In this document: piece by piece, positions 44,775-53,686 of the stretch | Position numbering within the stretch: position 1 is the stretch's first letter | Layout: every line of letters begins with the position of its first letter | Source: a virus | Lineage: Duplodnaviria; Caudoviricetes | Direction: 5' to 3' (one strand) | Length of the DNA: 54,623 nucleotides | Virus record (IMG/VR): IMGVR_UViG_3300042471_000954 | Coordinates: 1-54,623 of that record | The notes under the pieces: generated by a model | Database searches by the model: none | What the model was told of the DNA's origin: nothing | Seen by the model: only the letters and a program-made list of their open reading frames with translations | Translations under genes and position numbers: made by a program

Positions 44775-45245
44775 TCAAGGGCTTTGCTTTTGGTTGCTAA
44801 GGGGGATCAAGGTGATCAATGCCCCCGGCCTTTCGTCACCAACGCACCAGCGCTTCTCGCACACGCAACCGGTAAGGCGTGCGTCATCTTCATAGGCCAG
44901 TTTCGACAAGGAATCTTCGGTTGATCGTTGCAATTTGCTGGCGTCTGGCTTGACGCAGTGGTGTGTCGGAGCTTCCTTGCTGGTTGCACTGCTCAGTGCA
45001 GGGTTAAGCGGCTTGAGGGTGCCGTCCTTGCGGTAATGCCCAGCGGGCCGCTGAAACAGGAAGACAGCAGACATTCGCACAGGTCCCCGCAACAAAGGAA
45101 CCTTGGCTGCAATGGCAGCATGGGCCACCATCGCCCGCCAAGGCTTGACAGTCTTACAGGATTCAATCATTACACCTTTCCCTATATGAGTTTTGCTGCC
45201 CTGAGGCGCGGCTTGCATACCCTCAACTAGAAAGGTGTAGGCCAC
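44775..45245 (-). CDS. rusA: RusA-family Holliday junction resolvase
   Basis: PQGSK...WR..V...F.RP...KPDASKL.RSTED.L....DDA. Confidence 0.85.
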   Translation of the reverse strand: MAYTFLVEGMQAAPQGSKTHIGKGVMIESCKTVKPWRAMVAHAAIAAKVPLLRGPVRMSAVFLFQRPAGHYRKDGTLKPLNPALSSATSKEAPTHHCVKPDASKLQRSTEDSLSKLAYEDDARLTGCVCEKRWCVGDERPGALITLIPLSNQKQSP

Positions 45246-45622
45246 TAGAACGGCACCTCCTCGTCAGATGGGGAACCACCCCAGCCGCCTTGATCGTCGC
45301 TGTCTTTCTTGCTGCCCAGGAGGGTGAGTTCCTTGACGTTGAGCACCACCTTGCTGCGCTTCTCACCTGTGGCCTTATCGGTCCAGCTTTCGTTCTCTAG
45401 TTGCCCGCTGACGGCGATCTGGGAGCCCTTGCGCACGTAGTCGGCGGCAACCTGGGCGGTCTTGCCCCAGATCTTCAAGGTGAGCCACAAAGGCTCGGCA
45501 TCGCGTTTCCAAACGTCCACCGCAAGGGTGAGGTTGGCGACAGCGTTGCCATTATCGAGATAGCGCACTTCGGGATCACGACCAGCGCGACCGGTGAAGC
45601 TGCAGACGTTGAGAGATGCCAT
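45245..45622 (-). CDS. ssb: single-stranded DNA-binding protein
   Basis: GRAGRDPEVRY...WGKTA...YVRKGSQIAVSG.L; acidic C-terminal EEVPF. Confidence 0.93.
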   Translation of the reverse strand: MASLNVCSFTGRAGRDPEVRYLDNGNAVANLTLAVDVWKRDAEPLWLTLKIWGKTAQVAADYVRKGSQIAVSGQLENESWTDKATGEKRSKVVLNVKELTLLGSKKDSDDQGGWGGSPSDEEVPF

Positions 45623-45672
45623 GGGATGTTGGGTTAGTGGAGGTTGCCGGGTTGGCCCCGGCGGGCCGGTGA

Positions 45673-46056
45673 TCAGGTGGTTTCGGTGCTGCCTGTGTCC
45701 AGCGCAGCGGCAATCATTCGGTCGATCTTCAGCAGATCAGCCGCTGCCTTTAGCTCAATTTCGTGCCGCATCGCAGCCAGCGCCAGCGCTTCGGTTGAGT
45801 AATAGCGTCGGGGCTGCTGGCTTGCGTTCCTGTGTTTTCCTGCTTTAGGTGCGCGGCCAGGTCCGTGTAAAAAACTACTGCTCCAACCAATAAACACCGT
45901 CTTAGTCCAGGCGTTGTAGTCCCAGCCTTCGCTGTAGCCATCCTTAGGCACGCCTACATCCCGCTGGACTGGGTTTGTCCACCGCAAAGCGGCAAGAGTT
46001 TCGGCGCGGTCAATCGCAGCCTGCATTGCTGCTTGCTCTTTTTTGGTCATTGCCAT
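45673..46056 (-). CDS. hypothetical protein
   Basis: MAMTKKEQAAM...YSTEALALAAMRHE; GAC-ATG start chosen. Confidence 0.6.
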   Translation of the reverse strand: MAMTKKEQAAMQAAIDRAETLAALRWTNPVQRDVGVPKDGYSEGWDYNAWTKTVFIGWSSSFLHGPGRAPKAGKHRNASQQPRRYYSTEALALAAMRHEIELKAAADLLKIDRMIAAALDTGSTETT

Positions 46057-46091
46057 GTCGTTTAGAGGAGAAGTGTGCGGGAAAGGATTGA

Positions 46092-46904
46092 TCAAGCGGC
46101 AGCCGGAGCATCCCAGGTGGCCGGCAGATCGGGGTCGTCGTCGGACTCGGCGGCATCGTTGCTGGCTGCAGCAGCACCGGCAGCGTTCCACTTGGCTACC
46201 GAGGCATCGCTCACGCCAGCGGTGGCCAACTTGCGCTGAATGTCGGCAGGAAGGCCAGCAATGGCGGCTGAGGCGCCTTTGCTCAGTTCATGAGCCATGG
46301 CGGCAATTCCGGCTTCGGTTAGCCCAGCCTCGCGACAGCGCTTGATGGCGGTCGCCAGGGTGATACGGGCATCGTTGGCGGCGTTCTGAGCTGGTGTGGG
46401 CTTGGCGGCGTGTGCTGAAGTCTTTGGTGCTGCGCTGCGAGCCGCAGTCTTGGCAGACAAAGGATCAGATTCGCGGTGGGGATTCTCTACGGGTTCCTTA
46501 GCCCAGAGTTGCCAGGCCAGGCCAAACGAGGCGGCGGCGGCGGTGCATAGGCAGCGGCGGTGGGTGTCGGTCAGGTCGCGGGCGTCAATCTTGGCGAGGG
46601 GAACCGCTGCGTTGCGGTTGTCCATCACCGCCTGGGGGAAGTCAGGGGTGACAGAAGCACCGGGGCCCTCGAAGTAGCCGACCACATATCCGGTGCCGTT
46701 AGGGGCCTCCCATACGTGCCGCCCTTCGGTGGTAGGGCGAAGGTGGAACTGCCAGCCGGGAGCGTGCTCACGCAGGAGCTGAGCAGCGCGGGCCCAGTTG
46801 ATGTAGTCAGCCGCGTAGGTGCCAGTGCCTTTGGTGTCAATGTCGGCGGCGCTGATCACGCTGCCCAGGTTTGGCGGGGCCAAGGGGCCCGAGGCTTCGG
46901 TCAT
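46092..46904 (-). CDS. single-strand annealing recombinase (Sak/Rad52-like, putative)
   Basis: DYINWA...QAVMDNRN..V...DARD.TD..RRCL....A..FGLAW.LW; upstream of ssb and rusA. Confidence 0.7.
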   Translation of the reverse strand: MTEASGPLAPPNLGSVISAADIDTKGTGTYAADYINWARAAQLLREHAPGWQFHLRPTTEGRHVWEAPNGTGYVVGYFEGPGASVTPDFPQAVMDNRNAAVPLAKIDARDLTDTHRRCLCTAAAASFGLAWQLWAKEPVENPHRESDPLSAKTAARSAAPKTSAHAAKPTPAQNAANDARITLATAIKRCREAGLTEAGIAAMAHELSKGASAAIAGLPADIQRKLATAGVSDASVAKWNAAGAAAASNDAAESDDDPDLPATWDAPAAA

Positions 46905-47152
46905 GGGAAGGTCGGTGGTGGTGTTGCCAGAGCCTGGCCGTAGGGCTGTCCCCTGGCTTTGCAATTCTACCCCATGCCTAAGCCGTTTGGGAACCGCAAC
47001 GGCTATGCTGCCCACGTCAGCCGCTTCGCCTACCCCTATCGCGTTATGCACTTCCTGCATATTCGTTAGGCTTTCGCAACATACTTGCGAGATTAAAGGG
47101 CCTTAACTGCATCCCCGTAGCAATTCTGCTGCAGCCCGAGGCATATGCTTGC

Positions 47153-47168
47153 GGGGGGGGGGGGGGGG
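47153..47168 (+). repeat. G16 homopolymer tract
   Basis: 16 consecutive G. Confidence 0.9.
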
Positions 47169-47201
47169 CTGGAGTGTACTTCCACCACGCCGTTTCGCAG
47201 A

Positions 47202-47420
47202 ATGTCAACCCCCCCGATCCGCATCCACGCAGCAAATCAGGAGCAGGCCGATACCGTTTGGCGTGCCCTGTGCGAGCAGACCGCCATCACCGAGGCTGAG
47301 GTCTGGCTAAATGGCGCCTACCTGTTCCACGTGGTCAGGCACGGCGGCGGGATGCTGACAACTCAGCGTGAAGCTCAGCCGGTCCATACTCCCCTTCCGG
47401 TAACCCTCTTAGCTGCCTGA
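47202..47420 (+). CDS. small hypothetical protein
   Basis: MSTPPIRIHAANQEQAD...; 3' end overlaps the repressor-like gene. Confidence 0.45.
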   Translation: MSTPPIRIHAANQEQADTVWRALCEQTAITEAEVWLNGAYLFHVVRHGGGMLTTQREAQPVHTPLPVTLLAA

Positions 47421-48183
47421 CGGTTTCAGCCAACAAAAACAACTCCTTCTCCAGCTCAGCCTTGGTGTAGTCGGCAGTGCCGATGATCACGTTGCGCAGC
47501 TGCTCGCGGCGATCAGGCGAAGCTGAGGAGGGGTAGGCAGACAGCACGGCATCGAGTGCCTCGCGCATGGATCGCCCTTCACCCATGCGCTCCTGAGCCA
47601 GCCGGTCAAACAAATCGGCCAGGGCCTGGCTGAGACTCCGGGCTTCGCTTGGCGACAGGTTCACGTCACCCAGATAGGGAAGCACCAGATAGCCCGCCTG
47701 CAGGTCGCAGAAATCCGCGTAGTTGAGGGCTTCATCCGTGTGGTGCGGATGGTGAAGCCAGATTGCGTTGTTCAACCACTGCTCCTCGATCCGGTAGGCG
47801 CTGTGGGGGCCGTAGCGCCTCATGCACACCTCGGGGCCTCGTTTTTGCCATAGCCAGATCGCCTCGTTGGCACCGCCGAGGGCATCAAGGTTCCGGTGTG
47901 ATGGCTTGACGACCGATCCGTTGCGCAAGTGGCTCAGCTGCGGCGACGACAGCCAGCCCTTCTCGCTCAGGGCCCAGTCGGCAATGGAGCCCAGTTGCTC
48001 ATGGGAGAGGCCGGTACGGGCCAGCCAAAAATTCAGCACGGCCGAAAGGTGCTGCCGGCCCATCAGGTGACGGCGGGATGAAAGCTGGCGGCCTGGGGGG
48101 AGGGAATCGGGCACGGTCGGGGATGGTGGTGGTGGTAGGTCGGGCCAGTCGAGCGCCTGGCGAAGGTCCGTAATGACTTTCAT
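47335..48183 (-). CDS. XRE-like transcriptional regulator (repressor candidate)
   Basis: WLARTGLSHEQL.......WLSSPQLSHLRNG HTH-like; divergent from replication operon; start uncertain. Confidence 0.55.
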   Translation of the reverse strand: MKVITDLRQALDWPDLPPPPSPTVPDSLPPGRQLSSRRHLMGRQHLSAVLNFWLARTGLSHEQLGSIADWALSEKGWLSSPQLSHLRNGSVVKPSHRNLDALGGANEAIWLWQKRGPEVCMRRYGPHSAYRIEEQWLNNAIWLHHPHHTDEALNYADFCDLQAGYLVLPYLGDVNLSPSEARSLSQALADLFDRLAQERMGEGRSMREALDAVLSAYPSSASPDRREQLRNVIIGTADYTKAELEKELFLLAETVRQLRGLPEGEYGPAELHAELSASRRRA

Positions 48184-48347
48184 AACTGAACCGTAGCCCC
48201 CAACGGCTTAGAGAACGTGCAACCCGGATCCAGTGCTTACAGCACCATGCGGCAAGAGGGGCCGTGGCAGTTCCGAAACCGGAGCGCCGTGCTGTAGTTG
48301 GCGTAAGATTGGGGGCAGTGATGGTCAGGGCTTGTCCTGCCAGGCAC

Positions 48348-48387
48348 AAAAAAGCCCCCCGTGCGGTTCAGGCGCGGGAGGCTTTTG
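48348..48387. terminator. hairpin flanked by A and T runs (possible bidirectional terminator)
   Basis: AAAAAAGCCCCCCGTGC...GCGCGGGAGGCTTTT. Confidence 0.5.
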
Positions 48388-48432
48388 GATCAAAACCTAC
48401 GGAACGATTGACATTCCACGGAGACATTTTAC

Positions 48433-49014
48433 ATGACCGGACAACTTGACGGACACCGTGGCATCACGGCGTTCCCGACTTGGCTTCTAGGCCAGGCCAG
48501 CCCGATTGAGCTGGCGATCTTGCTGGCGATCCAGGAAGCACCCGAAAACCGCATCAGCCTCAGCAACATGGCGTGCCAGGCGGGTGTGTGCCGACGAACC
48601 GTCAGCACCACACTGCGCAAACTGGAGGCGCGTGGCTGGCTGACCACGCAGACTGTGATTGAGCACGATGGGGCCAATGGGCCGAACCGCTATGTCCTTA
48701 AAGACTGGGAACCAATCAAACCACTAGAGCAACGGCAGCCGATACCGTTTCGGACGAAAGTCGGGAATGTGCCGGTAGAGCTGCTGAACACCTGCGTCCG
48801 GCGGAAAGGTGTTCTGTTCGTCTACGTGATCTTGCAGACCTTTGAGGCGCCATCAATCTGCACGCTGGCGGTGATGTGCGGCATGTCTCCTGAGGATGTA
48901 CGTCGCTCGCTTCGATGGTTAGAGGAGGAGGGGTGGATCCAGCAGATTCAAAGGCCAGGCTCCACCAGCCAGTTTCGGGTTTTCTTTAAGCGCATCGGCG
49001 CCTATGCGGGTTGA
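48433..49014 (+). CDS. tandem winged-HTH protein
   Basis: Two HTH copies (SLSNMACQAGVCRRTV; SICTLAVMCGMSPEDV..L..LE..GW). Confidence 0.7.
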   Translation: MTGQLDGHRGITAFPTWLLGQASPIELAILLAIQEAPENRISLSNMACQAGVCRRTVSTTLRKLEARGWLTTQTVIEHDGANGPNRYVLKDWEPIKPLEQRQPIPFRTKVGNVPVELLNTCVRRKGVLFVYVILQTFEAPSICTLAVMCGMSPEDVRRSLRWLEEEGWIQQIQRPGSTSQFRVFFKRIGAYAG

Positions 49015-50068
49015 GGCGGAATCGATGCAAAGCTCAGCAAATGGAAGAGAGGGCGGGTTTACATGCTTGCCGAACTGGCTCTTTGGTCAGGCCACGGCGC
49101 AGGAGCTGGTGTTGCTGCTAGCGCTGCAGCATCACGCCCCGAAGATTCACCCGAGCCTGGCCACGTTGGCGCGGGAATCAGGCCTTGGCAGGAGCACAGT
49201 CTGCCGTCTAATCACCGTGCTTGAGGAGCGCGGCTGGCTTCGTACGGAACGGCGGTTTGCGGACAACGGAGGGAACAACTCGACCGTCTACCACTTGCTG
49301 ATTTGGCCTGTCAGATCGGCAGAATTGGAGCCCACTGAACCCATGACCCTTGTCCCACAGCGGGACTACCCCTTATCCCACAGCGGGACCACCCTTATCC
49401 CAGAGCGGGACCACCCTTGTCCCACAGCGGGACACAAACAATATGAATCTAAGAATAAAAATGAAAACAACAGCCTTAGACCCCCCTTACCCCCCAGCGG
49501 GGGGAACGCGGGCGAGGGGCAGGGCGAGCTGATCACGGTCGAAGCCTTGCCCGTTGTCGTGCCCGTTGATGCTGCGCTTTCCAAAAGCCCGGAATCGGCT
49601 AAGGTTCCAGAACCACCACCACAGACCATGGCCCTGACCAAGCCAGCGCGGAAGCCGCGCTTCCAGCCCTCACACGACCTGATCCCTGCCGAGCTACTGC
49701 CCGTCCATCCCGAGATCCTGGGTTTCTGGGCCGTGAAAGCCGGAGCCCGCACCCAGCAAGCCTGGAACGGCCTGATGACCCAGCTAGCCCTGATCCAACA
49801 GGATCCCCTGGGAGGCACCGAAGCGCTCCGCAGCCAGCTCCAGGAGGGCATCGATCGGGCACCGATCAAGCCGTGGATGTCGGTCACTCACTCGCTGTGG
49901 CGCACCTACGGCATGAAGGGCGCTCGCCCTGGCCTGGGCGGCAACCGCCGCAAGACACCGGAGGAGCACGCAGCCGATTCGATCGCATTCATTGAAGCCC
50001 GCGATGCCCGCAGAGCAGCCGCCGCGTCAGCTCCCGGTCAAACCGTGCCGTGCGAGGTGCTCGCGTGA
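49004..50068 (+). CDS. replication initiator (N-terminal HTH, O-like)
   Basis: HPSLATLARESGLGRSTV...LEERGWL...N..Y.L; internal iterons. Confidence 0.75.
   Translation: MRVEAESMQSSANGREGGFTCLPNWLFGQATAQELVLLLALQHHAPKIHPSLATLARESGLGRSTVCRLITVLEERGWLRTERRFADNGGNNSTVYHLLIWPVRSAELEPTEPMTLVPQRDYPLSHSGTTLIPERDHPCPTAGHKQYESKNKNENNSLRPPLPPSGGNAGEGQGELITVEALPVVVPVDAALSKSPESAKVPEPPPQTMALTKPARKPRFQPSHDLIPAELLPVHPEILGFWAVKAGARTQQAWNGLMTQLALIQQDPLGGTEALRSQLQEGIDRAPIKPWMSVTHSLWRTYGMKGARPGLGGNRRKTPEEHAADSIAFIEARDARRAAAASAPGQTVPCEVLA
49347..49470 (+). repeat. replication origin: four iterons CCCTTRTCCCASAGCGGGAC plus A/T-rich tract
   Basis: Four ~22-bp direct repeats at 49347-49433, each containing a TCCC..GGGA inverted repeat, followed by an A-rich stretch. 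Confidence 0.8.
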
Positions 50069-50820
50069 TCAACATCAAGCAGTTTCACGCAGCCGTCACC
50101 TCGCTGATGCAGCTCCTGCCGATGAGCAAGCAGCTCACCGGATCGGCCTTGACGATGGCCTGGGACACCTTCCCCGAGCGGGCGAAGATCGAACTCACTG
50201 ACGAAATCCTGCTCTACGCGGTTCAGCAGCGGGTGCTCGACTCAGAGCCACAGAGGGACATTGCGCCTCACATAGCGCTCCTTCGCTACGTTTATCCGGT
50301 TAAGCGAACAACAAAAGAACAGCGTGGATTAGAGACTTTTACCGATCAGCCCTTGTTGGACAGAGGGCTGCGACCTGATTTAGCTCAACGCATGGCCCGC
50401 CGTGATTGTTTCCACGAAACTGCACCGGTCCGGGATGAAGTGAGGCTGGATACGACCCCGCGCCTTCCCGAGGGAGCCGGTGGCAACGGCCCACCGTGGC
50501 TGCAGCAAACGGACGAGCAGCGGCGGGCTCACCTGCGGGAGGTGATCAAGGCTGTGGAGGATCTGCGAGCTGCTGGCGTTGACACGGGCACCTGGACGCC
50601 TCTGCAGCTGAACATTGGTCGCTCTTTTTTCAAGCAGGTGCTGATGGGCGCCCCGTTCCTGACGGAAACCAAAATCGAAACCGTTGCCGCCTGGGTCTTG
50701 CGCAATGGCCAGACCGTGGACCGGATGCTGCAGGAAGCCCTAGAGGGCGAGGCTACGAAGCCTTCCGCCGAGGGGTTGATGGCTGACTTACTGGAGCCTG
50801 TTACCAGGGGGCTCCGGTGA
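50065..50820 (+). CDS. hypothetical (helicase-loader position)
   Basis: GTGA-coupled to initiator; function assigned by position only. Confidence 0.55.
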   Translation: MINIKQFHAAVTSLMQLLPMSKQLTGSALTMAWDTFPERAKIELTDEILLYAVQQRVLDSEPQRDIAPHIALLRYVYPVKRTTKEQRGLETFTDQPLLDRGLRPDLAQRMARRDCFHETAPVRDEVRLDTTPRLPEGAGGNGPPWLQQTDEQRRAHLREVIKAVEDLRAAGVDTGTWTPLQLNIGRSFFKQVLMGAPFLTETKIETVAAWVLRNGQTVDRMLQEALEGEATKPSAEGLMADLLEPVTRGLR

Positions 50821-51905
50821 TGGCAGTCCTCCGCATGATCGACACCTTCAGCGGGATCGGCGGCTTCAGCCTTGCCGCCCGCTGGCTGGGTGGAATTGAA
50901 ACCGTGCACTTCGTGGAGCGCGAGCCGTTCTGCCAGCGCATCCTTTCCAAACACTGGCCCACCGTTCCCATTCACGATGACATCTGCACCTTCCAACCCC
51001 CCCCCAATTCAGCCGACATTGTTTGCGGTGGATTCCCCTGTCAGGACATCAGCCAAGCGGGAAAGGGTGCCGGCCTGGCTGGCGGCCGATCGGGCCTGTT
51101 CTACGAACTGCTCAGAATCGTTCGCCTGGTGGGACCGCGCTACATCGTCTTGGAGAACGTCGCAGCGATCACTTACCGAGGGATGGACGACGTTCTCGGA
51201 GCGCTGGCCGAGGCAGGGTATGACGCTGAATGGGCGTGCATACCGGCAACGGCTGTGGGTGCCTGCCATCAGCGAGACCGCTGGTGGTGCGTTGCCTACG
51301 CCAGTGGCGCAGACCGGAGCAGGCGGCCCGAAGGGGTTGGACGGGGGCAGTGGGGCCCGGCAGATGCTGACGGATGCAGGCTTCCCAAGGGCGGCAGGGG
51401 CGCCGAGCAGCCTGCCTACGCCGCGCACATGCTCAGCAATGGCGGCCCAGGTCAACAGCAGGGGCAACCTGGACGGCGATCGGTTTACGAATTTGGAGAC
51501 GGTCATCGGGCGGATGCTTCCGACCCCATCAGCCTGCCTGGCAAACGACGGAGAACGAACGGAGACGTGGCTGGCCAGGCGGGAGCGGGTCAAAGCCAAA
51601 AGGATCAACGGCAACGGGATGGGAATGCCGCTGGCAATTGCGGCGCAACTCCTGACCCCATGCGCCAGCGACTGGAAGGGCCGGACGAACTGGGAGGCAG
51701 CGGAGCGGCATGGCCCGCAGCGATTGCCCGATTGTCTCCCGACTGGCGCAGCTATCTATCTGAACCCGTCCTTCGTCGAGGAGATGATGGGCTATCCGGT
51801 CGGGTGGACCGCCTGAAGGCGCTGGGCAATGCCGTGGTGCCTCAGGTGGCGATGGTGCCGCTGGCGCGGGTGCTGCAGCTGGCCGGTTCCATGGGGGGCC
51901 GGTGA
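50817..51905 (+). CDS. C5 cytosine DNA methyltransferase (alpha chain)
   Basis: FSGIGG (I), GGFPCQ (IV), ENV (VI), HQRDR (VIII), LGNAVVP (X). Confidence 0.9.
   Translation: MMAVLRMIDTFSGIGGFSLAARWLGGIETVHFVEREPFCQRILSKHWPTVPIHDDICTFQPPPNSADIVCGGFPCQDISQAGKGAGLAGGRSGLFYELLRIVRLVGPRYIVLENVAAITYRGMDDVLGALAEAGYDAEWACIPATAVGACHQRDRWWCVAYASGADRSRRPEGVGRGQWGPADADGCRLPKGGRGAEQPAYAAHMLSNGGPGQQQGQPGRRSVYEFGDGHRADASDPISLPGKRRRTNGDVAGQAGAGQSQKDQRQRDGNAAGNCGATPDPMRQRLEGPDELGGSGAAWPAAIARLSPDWRSYLSEPVLRRGDDGLSGRVDRLKALGNAVVPQVAMVPLARVLQLAGSMGGR
50977..51816 (+). CDS. nested alternative-frame methyltransferase beta chain (TRDs plus motif IX)
   Basis: +1 frame ORF with four L[PL]TP repeats and LNPSFVEEMMGYPVGWT; start uncertain (track gives 50872). 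Confidence 0.7.
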   Translation: MTSAPSNPPPIQPTLFAVDSPVRTSAKRERVPAWLAADRACSTNCSESFAWWDRATSSWRTSQRSLTEGWTTFSERWPRQGMTLNGRAYRQRLWVPAISETAGGALPTPVAQTGAGGPKGLDGGSGARQMLTDAGFPRAAGAPSSLPTPRTCSAMAAQVNSRGNLDGDRFTNLETVIGRMLPTPSACLANDGERTETWLARRERVKAKRINGNGMGMPLAIAAQLLTPCASDWKGRTNWEAAERHGPQRLPDCLPTGAAIYLNPSFVEEMMGYPVGWTA

Positions 51906-52174
51906 TGTTCACCCCAGTTCGCGCCTACTCATGCCGCCCCGCTGGCGAGGAGTGGCACATGGTTGTGTTTGCTGCCACTGGCAAGCGTGCCCGCTTACTG
52001 GCCTATCGCGCCGGTCCGAGCGGTGAAGATGACAATTACATCGACTGGCGCTCTCGCCGCTTCCCTGAGGCTGATGGGCTTCATGCCAGTGAAGCGGTCT
52101 GGACCCATGCTCCTGACGCGCCGGAATCGGTGCGCACTGAGGCTGCGGGGCTGTGGCAGGAGGCGGACTGGTGA
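51902..52174 (+). CDS. hypothetical protein
   Basis: VFAATGKRAR...YID.R.RR.PEAD; coupled. Confidence 0.55.
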   Translation: MMFTPVRAYSCRPAGEEWHMVVFAATGKRARLLAYRAGPSGEDDNYIDWRSRRFPEADGLHASEAVWTHAPDAPESVRTEAAGLWQEADW

Positions 52175-52812
52175 TGTTCACCCCCACCTGCAAGCCGACC
52201 CCGATCCCCGGTATCTACGAACATCAGAGCGGCGCCATGATCCGCCGCACGGTGGCCGAGGTGGTAGCCAGCCTCTACCCCGAGCAGCGCATCAGCCAGC
52301 CCAACGGAACGATCCGCCGCGCTTTCGCTCGCATAGCCCGCCAGAGGGCCTCAGGAGAGCCTGTGGAGCGTTTCAGCGGGGGCAACGATCCGATCAGCCG
52401 GACAACCGCGCACCTGGCCTCCTGGGGCCTATGGGACGAGGCGCAGATCATTGCAGCGCCGATCCACTTAGCCGACCACCGCCTCCGTGTAGCCACCACC
52501 GCAGACCTACTACTGAGGTTCCCTGATGGCGCCCTGGGCATTGCCCTGTTGGTCACCGAGGCCCAGCCCCCAGCCATCCCCGAGCCCTGGCTTGCTGCCC
52601 TTGGCGGGGCTCTAGTGATGTGCTCCGATCAACTCCGCACCGTGATTGATCGGCCTTTCCTGATCTGGGCCAGTCCCCTTGGCGTCACCACCACCGAGCA
52701 CGACCCGGACGACTGCACCGTGCCCTGGGTCACCGGACTGGAAACGGTCGTCTGGCTCGATGCGTTACGAAACCGCAGCACTGGCTTTGCAAAAGCGGAA
52801 GCAATGGCTTAG
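52174..52812 (+). CDS. PD-(D/E)XK-like nuclease fold protein, possibly inactive
   Basis: VATTADLLLRFPDG.LGI resembles a degenerate exonuclease motif II. Confidence 0.4.
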   Translation: MFTPTCKPTPIPGIYEHQSGAMIRRTVAEVVASLYPEQRISQPNGTIRRAFARIARQRASGEPVERFSGGNDPISRTTAHLASWGLWDEAQIIAAPIHLADHRLRVATTADLLLRFPDGALGIALLVTEAQPPAIPEPWLAALGGALVMCSDQLRTVIDRPFLIWASPLGVTTTEHDPDDCTVPWVTGLETVVWLDALRNRSTGFAKAEAMA

Positions 52813-52860
52813 AGTTGCGGAACGGCAACAGCCGCACCACCACCAACGACCCGCAACACC

Positions 52861-53088
52861 ATGGACCTTGCGCGACACCTCTCGCTAGAGCCTCACGACG
52901 ACGAGCCCGACGCGAGCCCAGCCGAGCGCCAAGCTCGCGCACTGCTCCGCATCGAGTACGACGTTTGGCGCCGCGACAATCCGTTCTCTGACGTTCTGGA
53001 TTGGAGCCTGCACCTTTGCAGCATGAGGTCGGTGACTCATGCCATCTGGCGCTCAAAAGTTAATCGTGTTGAAGAGGTCGCAGCGTGA
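52861..53088 (+). CDS. hypothetical protein
   Basis: 75 aa with C/A-rich leader. Confidence 0.55.
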   Translation: MDLARHLSLEPHDDEPDASPAERQARALLRIEYDVWRRDNPFSDVLDWSLHLCSMRSVTHAIWRSKVNRVEEVAA

Positions 53089-53429
53089 GCAACCACGAAG
53101 AGTTCCCGCAGCTGACGCCGGAGGCAAAAGCAGCATGGAATGCCGCTTGTATCGCCGGGAATGTGAGCTGGTGCTTCTATAGCCACATCAGTACGCGTCG
53201 TTTCTTTGCCGCCTTCCTGCGCGAAGCGATGAAGCAGGCATATGACCATTACGGCTTTGATGACCAGATTGTTGGGTTGGAGGCCATCGCCAATAACCTC
53301 CACAGCCCGCCACTCCCGCCGCCCCCGCCAACCCTGGCTCAGGCGCGGGGGGCTGACTTGGACACGCCAGAGGGCAAGGCCGTGGTTCGTGACTTCCTGG
53401 CGGCGCTGGGGGAGGGTGGGCAGCCATGA
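53085..53429 (+). CDS. hypothetical protein
   Basis: GTGA-coupled; LTPEAKAAW..AAFLREA. Confidence 0.55.
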   Translation: MSNHEEFPQLTPEAKAAWNAACIAGNVSWCFYSHISTRRFFAAFLREAMKQAYDHYGFDDQIVGLEAIANNLHSPPLPPPPPTLAQARGADLDTPEGKAVVRDFLAALGEGGQP

Positions 53430-53686
53430 CCTCACCCCTTTGGATTGTCTGGAACCCCGATGGCGGAGACGAGGGGCCCGACGACGGCACAAAGTTTCGG
53501 GCAAGCGACGCTCAAGACGCAGCCCAGCAGTGGGCCCATCGCGCTGAAAGCGAATGCTGGGAATACACACTTGAGGAAACACCTGAAACCGTAACGGTCT
53601 GCCCTGCTGACGACACTCGCAATCAGCGCAAGTTTCGTGTACGTGCTCAAACATCCCGCGATTACTTTGCCGACGAACTGCCATGA
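53426..53686 (+). CDS. hypothetical protein
   Basis: ATGA-coupled, 86 aa. Confidence 0.55.
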   Translation: MTSPLWIVWNPDGGDEGPDDGTKFRASDAQDAAQQWAHRAESECWEYTLEETPETVTVCPADDTRNQRKFRVRAQTSRDYFADELP

